DNA of 64,000 nt from assembly GCA_963841915.1 (NCBI GenBank), contig CAWJEN010000005.1, positions 224,001 to 288,000 on the forward strand. The letters run 5' to 3'. The DNA is from an uncultured Planctomycetota bacterium (GTDB lineage: Bacteria; Planctomycetota; Phycisphaerae; Tepidisphaerales; Tepidisphaeraceae). This document shows positions 38,233 to 48,319 of this stretch, in pieces. Under the pieces are notes generated by a model. The model saw nothing but the letters and a program-made list of their open reading frames with translations. It ran no database searches and had not been told where the DNA came from. Each line of letters begins with the position of its first letter. Within the stretch, counting starts at the first letter, position 1. The translations under genes were made by a program, and so were the position numbers.

Positions 38233-38767
38233 ACGATGGGCCCGCTCGGGGCGGGCTTCGCCCCTGTCGGTGCACCCTGTTGCGGAGGCGTACCTGGAGC
38301 TGCGACGGTCTCGGGTGTCCTGCCGAGTACACCCTCCTCTGCTGGTGGGTTTGCACGTGGGTTGCACCACGCCGCGGAACCCGCGCCCCGTCGCAGCCGT
38401 GAGGCTCCTCATGCGGCGGGAGCGGGAGTATGCCCGGCGAATCGGCACCATGCAACTCGGCGACGACGGACCGGCTTGGAATGACGAAGGAACTTGAAGG
38501 GCCGGATGAGATGCCCGACGTTGCCGACGACGTCAGCGGCGATACGATGGGCGTACATACAGTCGTCAAAGGAGACGATAACATTGAAGCCGCGCTCGTG
38601 AGCCCGGCCCACATGTGAAGCCTTCCGTCCGCCTTGTCACCACGCACCAGCACAAGCTTGCCTGAAGCACCTGTTCCCGTCCGAAACCGGGTCGCGCTGA
38701 ACGAAGCGTTACTGATGCAGCTGTGAACAGCGGTTGCCGCCAGACCTCAGGCAAGCTATTCATTTTC

Positions 38768-38841
38768 GGGCCGTTAGCTCAGTTGGCCAGAGCGCCTTCT
38801 TTACACGGAGGATGTCGCAGGTTCGAGCCCTGCACGGCCCA
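38768..38841 (+). tRNA. tRNA-Val(TAC)
   Basis: GGGCCGT/ACGGCCC acceptor, CCTTC-TTTACAC-GGAGG anticodon arm, GGTTCGAG. Confidence 0.95.
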
Positions 38842-38935
38842 ATGTCTCGGTGGGGTTCACCTTCGATTCGCCGGTAGGTCCTGGAGTTGCCGTGGATGCG
38901 TACGGCGGCCCCGTTCCGGTCGACGTCGCTGCGAA

Positions 38936-39976
38936 TCAGAACGCCACATCGACCGCCCGGCCGGTTTCGCAGCTTTCGACTGCCGCCAGGACGGTGGCGA
39001 GCGTCTTGAGGTTGTCGCGGCCGCTGGTGAGGCCGGGGGTGTTGGCACGGATGGACGTGGCGAAGGCGGCGAGCAGCTGGCCCTGGCTGGCGGGCACGGG
39101 GGCGATTGGCCGCGTCTCCTGATGTTCGGGCTGGCCGAGGCCGCCGAAGTCGAGGACGACGCCCCCGAGATCATCGTTGAACGAGAGTCGCCCTCGCTCG
39201 CATTGCAGCCGCCAGTTGCCCTGCCAGCTGTCGCGTCTGCCGCGGGCGGACCAGTCGCCTGCGTAGCTCAGCTTCGAGCCGTCGTCGAGCGTCATGATCA
39301 TGCGCAAGGCTGCACCGTCTTCGTAAAGTTCAGCGGCCTTGCTCCAGGCCGGGTTGAAATCTTCCGCGTAGACCCGCACCACATCCCGGCCGAGGATGTA
39401 GCGGGCGAGATCGACGTGGTGGACGGCCATGTCGACGAGCAAGACGTGCGGCATGGTCTGCCGGAAACTGCCGCGGAAGTCGATGCCGAGGAAGAAGTCG
39501 ATGTGACCGTGACCGAAAGCTCCGAGTGAGCCGGAGTCGAAAGCGGCCTTCAGCGCCAGCGGCTCCGGGTCCCACCGACGGTTCTGCCCCACCATCAGCT
39601 GTAGCTGTTTGGCCTCCGCACGTTCCACCATCTTCGTGGCGGCCTTCAGGTCCGGTGCCAGCGGCTTCTCGACCAGTAGATGTAGCCCCGCTTCTGCTGC
39701 AATCTCGGCGTGTTCGGCGTGAACGTTGGGCGGCGTTACGCTCAGCAAGGCGTCGGCCTCGACTTGTGCGACGGCTGTCGCCAGGTCGCGAAATTGCCGT
39801 GTCTCATCGAGCTCAAGAATGGTACCCGCAGCGGCTAGTGCTTCGGAGTTGGGGTCGACGACGGCGACGGCTTTGAAGTCGTCGCTTTTTGCTACGCTGT
39901 TTCTCACCCAGCCACCACCGTGCCCGCCCACGCCGGCTTGGATCAGCCGGATCTTCTTGTGCTGCTCGCTCTGCAT
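38936..39976 (-). CDS. Gfo/Idh/MocA oxidoreductase
   Basis: QAGVGGHG, VTPPNVH, LVEKPLA, VGQNRR, DMAVHHVD. Confidence 0.92.
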   Translation of the reverse strand: MQSEQHKKIRLIQAGVGGHGGGWVRNSVAKSDDFKAVAVVDPNSEALAAAGTILELDETRQFRDLATAVAQVEADALLSVTPPNVHAEHAEIAAEAGLHLLVEKPLAPDLKAATKMVERAEAKQLQLMVGQNRRWDPEPLALKAAFDSGSLGAFGHGHIDFFLGIDFRGSFRQTMPHVLLVDMAVHHVDLARYILGRDVVRVYAEDFNPAWSKAAELYEDGAALRMIMTLDDGSKLSYAGDWSARGRRDSWQGNWRLQCERGRLSFNDDLGGVVLDFGGLGQPEHQETRPIAPVPASQGQLLAAFATSIRANTPGLTSGRDNLKTLATVLAAVESCETGRAVDVAF

Positions 39977-40041
39977 ATCAGAACAGTAGCGAGTCGAGGT
40001 GCCTTGCTGCTGTCGTTGACCCGCCCTACCATGCCCGCCGC

Positions 40042-40115
40042 GGCCGGATGCCCGAGCGGACTAAGGGAACGGATTGCAAATCCGTGATTCGTGGGTTCGA
40101 ATCCCACTCCGGCCT
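40042..40115 (+). tRNA. tRNA-Cys(GCA)
   Basis: GGCCGGA/TCCGGCC acceptor, ACGGA-TTGCAAA-TCCGT, GGTTCGAATCC, U discriminator. Confidence 0.95.
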
Positions 40116-40348
40116 TACGTTTTTCTACAGAATCAGCGTGTTCTCCTGATTTCATCTTCGGGCGGCGTGCTTGCAAATACCGGTCAGCTTTGGGTCCGGA
40201 CGGTCGAGTCACGGCTGGCTGTCGGCGGAGTTCGGGCACGTTCGCTGGAGCAATGAAGAGCGACGCACGGCGTCCAGTTGACGCCGCCGACTGGCCGCCT
40301 AAGCTGGCCCCCCGGCGGATTCGTCCGGCGGGAACAAGTCAGCGAGAC

Positions 40349-40422
40349 GGGGCGGTAGCTCAATTGGTCAGAGCACCGGACTGTCGATCCGGAGGTTGCG
40401 GGTTCGATCCCCGTCCGCCTCG
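40349..40422 (+). tRNA. tRNA-Asp(GTC)
   Basis: GGGGCGG/CCGCCTC acceptor, CCGGA-CTGTCGA-TCCGG, GGTTCGATCC, G discriminator. Confidence 0.95.
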
Positions 40423-40449
40423 CTGAAGGACAATTAGCGTCCGACCGAC

Positions 40450-40478
40450 AACAACCCCTGCAGCCGCAGGGGTTGTTT
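40450..40478. terminator. Probable bidirectional intrinsic terminator
   Basis: AACAACCCCTGC-AGCC-GCAGGGGTTGTT between convergent tRNA-Asp and GDSL gene. Confidence 0.8.
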
Positions 40479-40487
40479 CATGTCGCC

Positions 40488-41870
40488 TTACTTGGGATCA
40501 GTGGCAGTCACCTGCATCGCGTTGACACACGCGAAATCGCCCTGCGACAGCGTGAGGTCGACGAAGACTTGGCCGAATGGGTCAGGCTGAACGTTTACGA
40601 CGCGGGCGAGCTCGTTGTCGTTGGCGTCAGATGCGCCGTCGCTGCCGATGTTGTTGCCGCTGATTTGCAGCGTCACGACGTGCTCACCCTTGCCAATCAT
40701 TCGGTACTCGGTGATTTGAGTCTGCGTCGCGTTGCAAGACCCGAAGAACGCGAACGTGTAGGCCAAGTTCGGGTCGAGGCCGTTGAGCATGAAGCCTCCG
40801 TTTGTGTCGTCGTTGCCACCGCCGCGCTTGTCATCTGCTGTGCTGAAGAAGAAGTCACCCGTGGCAGAACCGACTGCCAGATCACCGAGCAGCGTCGCCT
40901 GCGGATGACGCAGTCCACCCTTCCGCAGGCCGCTTGCTTTAAATTGACCGGTAATGGTCAGGCCGATCCCGGTCTCGTCGCCTTTCGTGCTCACGAGTCG
41001 GCCGCGGTGCTCACCGGGCAGGATGCCGACGTTGCCAGCGCTGCCGTCGTGCCAGTTGTTCCAGACGTTGCCGTGATGATCCGGCCCTTTTGTCACTGCG
41101 CCGTCGTCGCCATCGCTCGGCCCGAAGTCGAACAGGAATGATTCACCCGCCGCCAACGTGGTGGTGTCGGCGGCGGCTTGCTTCTTGTCCGGTGCGAGGT
41201 CGGCTTCGATGGCCGGACGGATTACGCTTCTCCAGAAGCCATAGCCGATCCTGTTGAGGTGAATCTTGTCAACGTACATACTGTTGAACACTTCATCGTC
41301 GTATGGATTCAGCGTTGAGAACGCTCTCGGAAGATCGATGTAATGCAGGCGTTCGTCAGTCTCTGCAAAGCCTGCGATGCGCTGGTTGGCGATGTCCTCT
41401 TGTGGCCGGTTCGCCCTGCGGCCGGGAGTCGGGCTGATGCCAAGGAAGTAGATCTTCGCTGCCGGCAGGCTCGCGTGCACCTTCTCGACGAACCTCTTGT
41501 AGTCGTTGAAGACGGCCTCGCCATCATCGCCGCCCAGGGCGATGTCGTTCGTCCCGGCCCACACCACAACCGCCCGCGGGTTGTATGGGACGATGATGTC
41601 ATCGGTGTAGGCGATGATGTCTTCAAACTTGGCCCCGCCGATACCGCGTTGGATGACGTGGTAGTCGGCGAAGTCACGGGTCAGTGCTTCCCAGCGTCGG
41701 ATGCTGCTGCTGCCGGTGAAGACGATGCCGTTCTGCGGCACCGGATCCAGAGCGTCTTGAGCGACAAAGCGAGCTACCTGTGCGTCGAACTTCGGCGTCT
41801 GGGCAGATGATGCCGCGGCGGTGAGCCCGACGACGCAGGTGACGGTAAAGCCATAGCTGGGGTAACGCAT
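40488..41870 (-). CDS. Secreted SGNH/GDSL hydrolase with C-terminal beta-sandwich domain
   Basis: Signal peptide; FTGSSSIRRW, QRGIGG, WAGTND, DKIHLN..GY. Confidence 0.88.
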   Translation of the reverse strand: MRYPSYGFTVTCVVGLTAAASSAQTPKFDAQVARFVAQDALDPVPQNGIVFTGSSSIRRWEALTRDFADYHVIQRGIGGAKFEDIIAYTDDIIVPYNPRAVVVWAGTNDIALGGDDGEAVFNDYKRFVEKVHASLPAAKIYFLGISPTPGRRANRPQEDIANQRIAGFAETDERLHYIDLPRAFSTLNPYDDEVFNSMYVDKIHLNRIGYGFWRSVIRPAIEADLAPDKKQAAADTTTLAAGESFLFDFGPSDGDDGAVTKGPDHHGNVWNNWHDGSAGNVGILPGEHRGRLVSTKGDETGIGLTITGQFKASGLRKGGLRHPQATLLGDLAVGSATGDFFFSTADDKRGGGNDDTNGGFMLNGLDPNLAYTFAFFGSCNATQTQITEYRMIGKGEHVVTLQISGNNIGSDGASDANDNELARVVNVQPDPFGQVFVDLTLSQGDFACVNAMQVTATDPK

Positions 41871-41897
41871 GATCCTGCTCTTGTACAACCAACGGCG

Positions 41898-43025
41898 TCA
41901 AGACGGCTCTGCCCGCTTCGCATTCTGCAGCCGCTTTTGCTCGAGGGCCTTCTTCTGCGTGTCGTTCTTGCCGCCACCGACGTTGCCCAGCACGCTGATC
42001 AGCACCTCGCGGTTCTCCTGCGCCCATGCCGCCAGCTTCGCAACGCCCTCCTTTGGGCTCACCTTCGGCGACCATCCTAGATCCCGCTTGGCCTTTGCCG
42101 TGTCGGCGATGAAGCACCGCTGATCCCCCGGCCGCCAGTCATCAAATCTGACCTCGTCCCGATCGCCGCCGAGGTAACCGATTAGCTCCAAGAGGCTCAT
42201 CACGTTCTCGCTGCCACCGCCTGCGTTGTAGACCTTGCCGCTGGCCACGCTCATGTTGCCGATCGCCGCCTGGTACAGGTCGACCAGATCGTCGACCCAC
42301 AGCACGTCGCGCACCTGCTTACCGTCGCCATAGATCGTGATCGGCCGGCCCAGCAGCCGCGCGATCGTGAACCAGGCGATCCAGCCCTGATCTTCCACGC
42401 CAAACTGCCGCGTGCCGTAGATGCAGCTTTGCCTGAAGACGACGGTGTTGAGCCCGTACATGCGGGCATAGTCCCGCACGTACTGGTCGGCCGTGCCCTT
42501 GCTGCAGCCGTAGGGCGAGTGGAAGTCGAGTGGTGCCGTCTCCGGGATGCCGTGCGGATAGTCTGCGTAGCGGTAGCGATCACGCTCGGCATCGAGCTCG
42601 ACCTTGGTCTGCTCCATGCCGCCGTAGACCTTGTTGGTCGACGCAAAGACGAACGCCGCCTCCGGGGCGTGCAGCCGACAGGCCTCAAGCAGGTTGAGCG
42701 TGCCGAGCGCATTGGCCTCGAAGTCCATGCGTGGGTTGAGGAAGCTGGTCGTCACCGCCACCTGCCCGGCAAGGTGGATAACAGCGTGGGCGTCTTTGTG
42801 CTGCTCGAAGAGGCCCAGGCAGTCGGTCTCGTTGCGGATGTCAGTGTGCTGGAACGAGAAGTCGCCGTCGAGGCGGCGGGCCTGATCTTGGAGGAATCGG
42901 ATGTTCTCCACGTTGCCGCGTCGGGAGAGGTTGTCGAAGCCGACGACGCTGACGCCCTGCGACAGGTACCGCTGGGCCACGTGCCCGCCGATGAACCCGG
43001 CGACGCCGGAGATGAGAACTTTCAA
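41898..43025 (-). CDS. NAD-dependent epimerase, CDP-paratose 2-epimerase-like
   Basis: GVAGFIG, HLAGQVAVTTS, STNKVYG, SPYGCSK, FRQSCIYG, EDQGW. Confidence 0.9.
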   Translation of the reverse strand: MKVLISGVAGFIGGHVAQRYLSQGVSVVGFDNLSRRGNVENIRFLQDQARRLDGDFSFQHTDIRNETDCLGLFEQHKDAHAVIHLAGQVAVTTSFLNPRMDFEANALGTLNLLEACRLHAPEAAFVFASTNKVYGGMEQTKVELDAERDRYRYADYPHGIPETAPLDFHSPYGCSKGTADQYVRDYARMYGLNTVVFRQSCIYGTRQFGVEDQGWIAWFTIARLLGRPITIYGDGKQVRDVLWVDDLVDLYQAAIGNMSVASGKVYNAGGGSENVMSLLELIGYLGGDRDEVRFDDWRPGDQRCFIADTAKAKRDLGWSPKVSPKEGVAKLAAWAQENREVLISVLGNVGGGKNDTQKKALEQKRLQNAKRAEPS

Positions 43026-43242
43026 AGTACTGTCCCTTGCGAGCGGTTGGAGGCAATGCCCATGCGAGGGTTGTAGTCGCCGACTCCACGGGCAACAACG
43101 GCCGCGAACTCGAACGGCACAATCTGACTGCGCTGATAAGGCTAACGATGACGGGCATGCAGATGACGACGGTTGTGACGCGTCACCCCAATCGAACCCC
43201 AGATGTGGCGGCAGACGCGGCAGACGTCACCCACGGCTGGTC

Positions 43243-43316
43243 TTTTGCAGGAATCGGTCGTTTTTACCATAGTTCCTGCAAAAAGTTATCGGACCGACGT
43301 TAATTGAAGTAAACGT
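43243..43316. promoter_or_regulatory. AT-rich region with two inverted repeats upstream of imuA
   Basis: TTTTGCAGGAA-N19-TTCCTGCAAAA (43243-43283); ACGTT-N10-AACGT (43297-43316). Confidence 0.4.
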
Positions 43317-44233
43317 TGCGTCCTTACATCATCCTAACTACAACGGCGGTGGTGAGTCCTCTCGCACTCCATGCCGACCTCCAGTCCTACCGCCTGCCGG
43401 CGGCGTGGACCAAGGTGCAAACCGCCCCGGTATTCCCGGGCGTCGAAGTCGGCTGCCTGCACGAGGTTGTCGGTGAAACAGAGTCACGCGGGCTTGGCCT
43501 GACAATCGGATGGATCACCGATGATGCGGATTCGGCCTCGGGTCAGTGTGTCTGGATCGGCAAGCGGGTTTGGCCCGGCCTGGCGACGCTGCACCGGGCC
43601 ACGCTGCTTCATCGGGCGCTGCTACTCGACGCTTCGGCCAGCTCGCTGCGGGCTTGGGCGGCAGAGTTGTGCGTCAAGTGCACCGCCGTCGGGGCTGTCG
43701 TGGTCGACGGCAGCGGGTTTGACCTGACAATGACACGGCGGCTTCAGCTGGCGGTGCGAGGCAGGTCGTGTCGCCTGATCCTGGTGCGACCCGAGCGTCA
43801 GGCCGGCACGTCGGCGGCCGGGTGCCGCTGGCAGATTGAATCTGTGCCGGCCTTGCAGGACGAGCAGACGGGCGACCCACCCAGAAGGCCGCGCTGGAGC
43901 GTGACCTTGTTAAAGAGCAAAGGAGGGCATCGTGCAACTGGTGGCCTGATCGGGCAGGCGGGTGATCGCCCCGCCGGCCTGCTGACGGCCGGAGAGATGT
44001 TTTGCCATGAAGATGTTAAAGCCGACCGACCCAGCCGGGCCGGTGCAACCAATCAAGCTCGATCCTCAGCAGTCGGCCACGCCGGCTCCTCGTGGATCTT
44101 CGAGTGGGACCCTGTTACCGCCCGGGCCAGACAAACCCACACCGCCGACCAAGGCGACGTGGCCCAAGGCGTACCTGGCGTTGTTCCTGCCGACGTGGCC
44201 GGCCGATCGGCGTCTGCGACGTTCGCGGCATAG
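43316..44233 (+). CDS. imuA: ImuA-like (inactive RecA-fold) protein
   Basis: GCLHEVVG, CVWIG, VGAVVVDG...LTMTRRLQLA, SAAGCRWQI; directly upstream of imuB. Confidence 0.8.
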   Translation: MRPYIILTTTAVVSPLALHADLQSYRLPAAWTKVQTAPVFPGVEVGCLHEVVGETESRGLGLTIGWITDDADSASGQCVWIGKRVWPGLATLHRATLLHRALLLDASASSLRAWAAELCVKCTAVGAVVVDGSGFDLTMTRRLQLAVRGRSCRLILVRPERQAGTSAAGCRWQIESVPALQDEQTGDPPRRPRWSVTLLKSKGGHRATGGLIGQAGDRPAGLLTAGEMFCHEDVKADRPSRAGATNQARSSAVGHAGSSWIFEWDPVTARARQTHTADQGDVAQGVPGVVPADVAGRSASATFAA

Positions 44234-45692
44234 CAAGACCAAGCGGTCACCCTTCCTCATCATCGGCGTCTCGACCGGTGGCCAGCGGCTTGTGGCCGCA
44301 GCGTGCCGGTCATCGGTCCGCCAAGGTGTTCGTGTCGGAATGACCGTCGCCCACGCCACCGCCGTCCTGCCGGCGGCGCCGCAGGTGTGCGACCACGAAC
44401 CGGCCGAAGACGCAGCCGCCCTGTCGCGGCTCGGCCATTGGGCAATGCGGTTCACGCCCGGCGTCGCCGTCGATCCGCCGACCGGCCTGCTGCTCGACGT
44501 CGGCGGATGCGAGCGACTCTTCGGCGGACTCCTGCCGATCGCCCGGCAGGTTCGTCAGTCCGTCAACCGCCTCGGCATCGGCGCACGCGTGGCCATCGCA
44601 CCGACAGTCGGTCTCGCCTGGGGCCTGAGCCGGTTCGGTGACGAGGGTGTTTGCGGGGCCGTCGCTGACGTGCTGGAGCTACCGACGGCGTCGCTGCGGA
44701 TCGAGCCTGATGTCGTGGCAGCGTTGTCAGAGGTAGGTGTCGATCGTGTCGGGCAGCTCGTCGACATTCCGCGGCACGAAGTCGCGCGGCGATTCGGCGG
44801 TGAAGTGTTGCTGCGACTCGACCAGGCCAGAGGCGAAGCGGTCGAACCGTTGAATTGGCTTCAGGCGACGCAAACGCCGCGGGTCGAGTTTCGATTCGCC
44901 GGGCCTGCGACGCAGTACGAGGCGATCGAGCAGACGGCCGAGCAGCTCGTCGACGCTTTGTGCGACCGGTTGTCCCGCGGTGAGGCGGCGGCGCGGCGGG
45001 TCGTGCTCGACGTCGAGTGCCTCGATGATGATTTGCGGCCCACCTTTGCAACGGCGTCGATCGTTCTGGCGGCAGCGACTCGAGACACATCGCACCTGTG
45101 GAACGTGCTCCGCCCAAAAGTCGAAGCGATCGACATGGGCCGCGGCGTCGAAGCGATGGCATTGTCGGCGACACGCGTTGTTCGGCTGCCGCACGGTCAG
45201 TCACGGCTCGACGGCCGACGCGACACCTCGCAGGACGAGCGCGATCTGGGTCGCTTGGTCGACCTGCTGCAGGGACGGCTGGGTCGACAGAACGTGCTGA
45301 GCGTCGACCCGATGCCGACGCACGTACCCGAGGCGGCGTATCAGTTGCGACCGGCAGACGAACCGGCGGCGGTGGCGTCGCGGTCGCACCCGCCGATACC
45401 GACCAGCGGTGATCGGCCGACGCAACTCTTCGATCCGGCCGAGCCCGTCGACGTCTCATTCATGCACCCCGAAGGGCCGCTGGCGACGCTGCGCTGGCGT
45501 GGCAAGTCCTGGACTGTCGTCACGACCGTCGGTCCCGAACGCATCGGCAGGCGGTGGTGGCAACACAGCCTCTCCAAGCGATCACTCGACGTCCGCGACT
45601 ACTACAAGCTCCAGTGCGACGACGGCCTGTGGTTGTGGGTGTTTCGCACGCGCCCGGCAGGCGTGTGGTTCATCCACGGGATGTGGTCGTGA
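44007..45692 (+). CDS. imuB: ImuB-like Y-family DNA polymerase homolog
   Basis: YLALFLPTW, GVRVGMTVAHA, RFTPGV...GLLLDVGGCERLFGG, IAPTVGLAW, GPERI..WW...RDYY...WFIHG. Confidence 0.9.
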   Translation: MKMLKPTDPAGPVQPIKLDPQQSATPAPRGSSSGTLLPPGPDKPTPPTKATWPKAYLALFLPTWPADRRLRRSRHSKTKRSPFLIIGVSTGGQRLVAAACRSSVRQGVRVGMTVAHATAVLPAAPQVCDHEPAEDAAALSRLGHWAMRFTPGVAVDPPTGLLLDVGGCERLFGGLLPIARQVRQSVNRLGIGARVAIAPTVGLAWGLSRFGDEGVCGAVADVLELPTASLRIEPDVVAALSEVGVDRVGQLVDIPRHEVARRFGGEVLLRLDQARGEAVEPLNWLQATQTPRVEFRFAGPATQYEAIEQTAEQLVDALCDRLSRGEAAARRVVLDVECLDDDLRPTFATASIVLAAATRDTSHLWNVLRPKVEAIDMGRGVEAMALSATRVVRLPHGQSRLDGRRDTSQDERDLGRLVDLLQGRLGRQNVLSVDPMPTHVPEAAYQLRPADEPAAVASRSHPPIPTSGDRPTQLFDPAEPVDVSFMHPEGPLATLRWRGKSWTVVTTVGPERIGRRWWQHSLSKRSLDVRDYYKLQCDDGLWLWVFRTRPAGVWFIHGMWS

Positions 45693-45729
45693 GCCAAACA
45701 GACAGCACCACGCCGCTACCGTCGCGACC

Positions 45730-46398
45730 ATGACGTCTTCGCTTCGCGTTCTCTCCGCCGGTGGTGGCATCGCCCAGACCAACTGCTACGTCGTCGCCGA
45801 CGACCAGACGGGCGACTGTGTGCTGTTCGATGCGCCCGATCACACGGCAGGTGATTTGCTTCGCGAGGTGCACCGGCTCGGCTGGACGCTTCGCGGTCTG
45901 TGGCTGACGCACGGGCACTTCGACCACGTCGCCGATCACCCGCTCGTGCCGACGGACGTACCGGTGTTGCTTCACCCGCTCGATGCTGAAAAGCTTCGCG
46001 ACCCGGCAAGGCAGCTCGAGGCCTTTGCGCAGCGGAGCGGCTTCCGCGTGCCGCTGGAGATTCCGCCGCGTGAGCCGGACGGCGACTTGACCGACGGACA
46101 AACGCTAAGCATCGGCGGGCTGAGCTGCGTCGTGCTCCACACGCCCGGCCACGCGCCGGGTCATGTGAGCTTCTACTTCGAAGAAGGTAGCCTGCTCATC
46201 GGTGGCGACCTCATCATCGGCGGAGCCGTCGGCCGCACGGATCTGCCTGACAGCGATCCGGCCGCGCTCGATGGCAGTCTTCGGCGCGTCATGGCGTTGC
46301 CAGCAGACACAAAGCTTCTGCCGGGTCACGGCAAGCCGTCATTGCTGGAGACCGAGCAGCGGGACAATCCATTCGTGCGGGCGGCGCTCGGGCTTTAG
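45730..46398 (+). CDS. MBL-fold metallo-hydrolase (glyoxalase II/YcbL-like)
   Basis: TNCYVV, LTHGHFDH, HTPGHAPGH, GDLI...VGRTDLP, PGHG. Confidence 0.93.
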   Translation: MTSSLRVLSAGGGIAQTNCYVVADDQTGDCVLFDAPDHTAGDLLREVHRLGWTLRGLWLTHGHFDHVADHPLVPTDVPVLLHPLDAEKLRDPARQLEAFAQRSGFRVPLEIPPREPDGDLTDGQTLSIGGLSCVVLHTPGHAPGHVSFYFEEGSLLIGGDLIIGGAVGRTDLPDSDPAALDGSLRRVMALPADTKLLPGHGKPSLLETEQRDNPFVRAALGL

Positions 46399-48210
46399 AA
46401 GCCGCGCCGCTTGAACTGCTTCTCGAGGTCGTCGAGCGTGAGGCGGAGCGTCGTCGGGCGGCCGTGCGGGCAGTTGGTGGCGCGGGGCGACAAGTGCCTG
46501 CCGCGGACGAGGTGGGCAATCTCCGACTCGCTCAGCGGGTCACCTGCCTTCACCGCCGCCTTGCAGGCCATCATGTCGAGCACGTCGTGGATGGCCGCCT
46601 CGTCACCCGAACCGAGGTCGCTACGGCGAAGCACCTCGGCCACGAAGGTTGCCGGGTCCAGCGACCGCTGGCGTTCGAGCAGCAACGTCGGAAACGCGTG
46701 CACCGCCACCGCATCCGGCCCGAAAGCTTGGGCCTCGATACCCAACCGCTCGAGCATCGGCCCCACATCGTCCAGCCGCGACACCTCGGCCTCGCCTACG
46801 TCGGCCACGCTCGGCAGCAACATCCGCTGCGACTCCAACGGGCCTCGTCGCACACGAGCTAGAAGTTCCTCGTACAGCACCCGCTCGTGCAACGCGTGCT
46901 GGTCGATGATCTCCATGCCTTCGGGCCCTTCGACGACGAGGTAGCTGTTGTGCAGCTGCATCACGCGCGAGGGTGAACATTCCTCAATAGGCGGCGCGTG
47001 ACTGAAGTTGTCATCCGTGGGCGAATGCTCAGGCGTTTTGTCCTCAGCATCGGCAACAGGCAGATCCGCATCCGATCGTCCCTCCAGAAGTCGAGCGCTG
47101 CTCACTCTGCAGCGACGCCTTGAAGAAGTCGGCCAAAGTCTCCCGCACGTCCGCCCGCGGCGGCAGCGGCTCGACCGGCGTCGGCTTGGCCTTCGGAATT
47201 AGGTCGTCACCCAGCAACGTCTCACGCAGCGTCGCGTTCACCAGCGACCAGACGCGGCCCGGCTCACGAAACCGCACCTCATTCTTCGTCGGGTGCACGT
47301 TGACATCGACCGCACCAGGGGGCACGTCGAGCAGCAACACGGCCGGCGGATGGCGTCCCGGTTCGGTCAGGCCACGGAACGCTTCGCGGACGGCATGTTG
47401 CACGCTGCGGTCACTGATCGCTCGGCCGTTGACGTAGAGGTGGTGGTACCGGGCTGACGTCGCGGCGTACTCGGGCAGGCCGACGATGCCCCAGAGGTGC
47501 CAGTCGCCGTCGGTGGCGTCGACGCGAAGCAAGCGCTCGCGATATTCGGCCGGCCATCCCAGCGACAGCCGTGCCCACGGATCGTCCGTCGCAGGCCATT
47601 CGGCGACGGTCTTGCCATCACGCGTATATCGCAGCGACACGTCGGCCCGGGGCAGCATCAGTCGCGTAACGACATCGGTCACCTGCCCGCTCTCGGCGGC
47701 GGCGGCTTTGAGGAACTTGCGTCGGGCGGGCGTGTTGAAGAACAGCTCGCGTGCTTCAACCGTCGTCCCCGCGTTGCCCGCCGCCGGTCGAACGACGCCC
47801 AGCTGCCCGCCGTCGCAGGTGATTTCGCTTGCCTCGTCACCGACCGGCCTGCTCAAGATGCGGCAACGACTGACGCTGCCAATGCTGGCCAAAGCCTCGC
47901 CGCGAAAGCCGAGCGTGGCCACACCTTCGAGTTCCCGATCGTCGCGAACCTTGCTGGTGGCGTGCTGCTGGAAGGCAAGCGGCAACTCGTCGGCCGGGAT
48001 GCCGACGCCATCGTCGACGACGCGGATAAGTCCCTTACCACCGTCTTCAATGTCAACGGTCAGCCGCGTCGCCCCGCCGTCGAGGGCGTTCTCGACCAGC
48101 TCCTTGACAACGCTCGCCGGTCGCGCCACGACCTCACCGGCAGCAATGCGGTCGACGACGTCAGCCGGCAATGGTCGAATCGGACGGCGACTAGGAGAGC
48201 TCTCTGGCAA
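46395..48210 (-). CDS. mutL: DNA mismatch repair protein MutL, frameshift ~47097 in the linker
   Basis: IAAGEVV.RPASVVKELVENALD, TLGFRGEAL, VDVNVHPTK; C-terminal DQHALHER, MACKAAVK, CPHGRP in a second frame. Confidence 0.95.
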
Positions 48211-48246
48211 GCACCTCACCTTATGACGTGAGACCACCAGACGCGC

Positions 48247-48275
48247 AAAGCCGCGTCACACGGTGACGCGGCTTT
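48247..48275. terminator. Intrinsic terminator
   Basis: AAAGCCGCGTCA-CACGG-TGACGCGGCTTT downstream of 48320..48985. Confidence 0.8.
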
Positions 48276-48319
48276 GAAGATTCTACGAAGCGTTTCGTCT
48301 ACTTCCGCAAGTGTCTCGT

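Noticed and set aside
38236..38763. Short ORFs between the GNAT and tRNA-Val(TAC)
   Set aside because: Overlapping short frames with no motif or clear RBS; possibly a decayed fragment
46395..48210. Naturally split two-gene mutL
   Set aside because: Removing one base in the linker restores a normal MutL and matches the window-wide indel pattern
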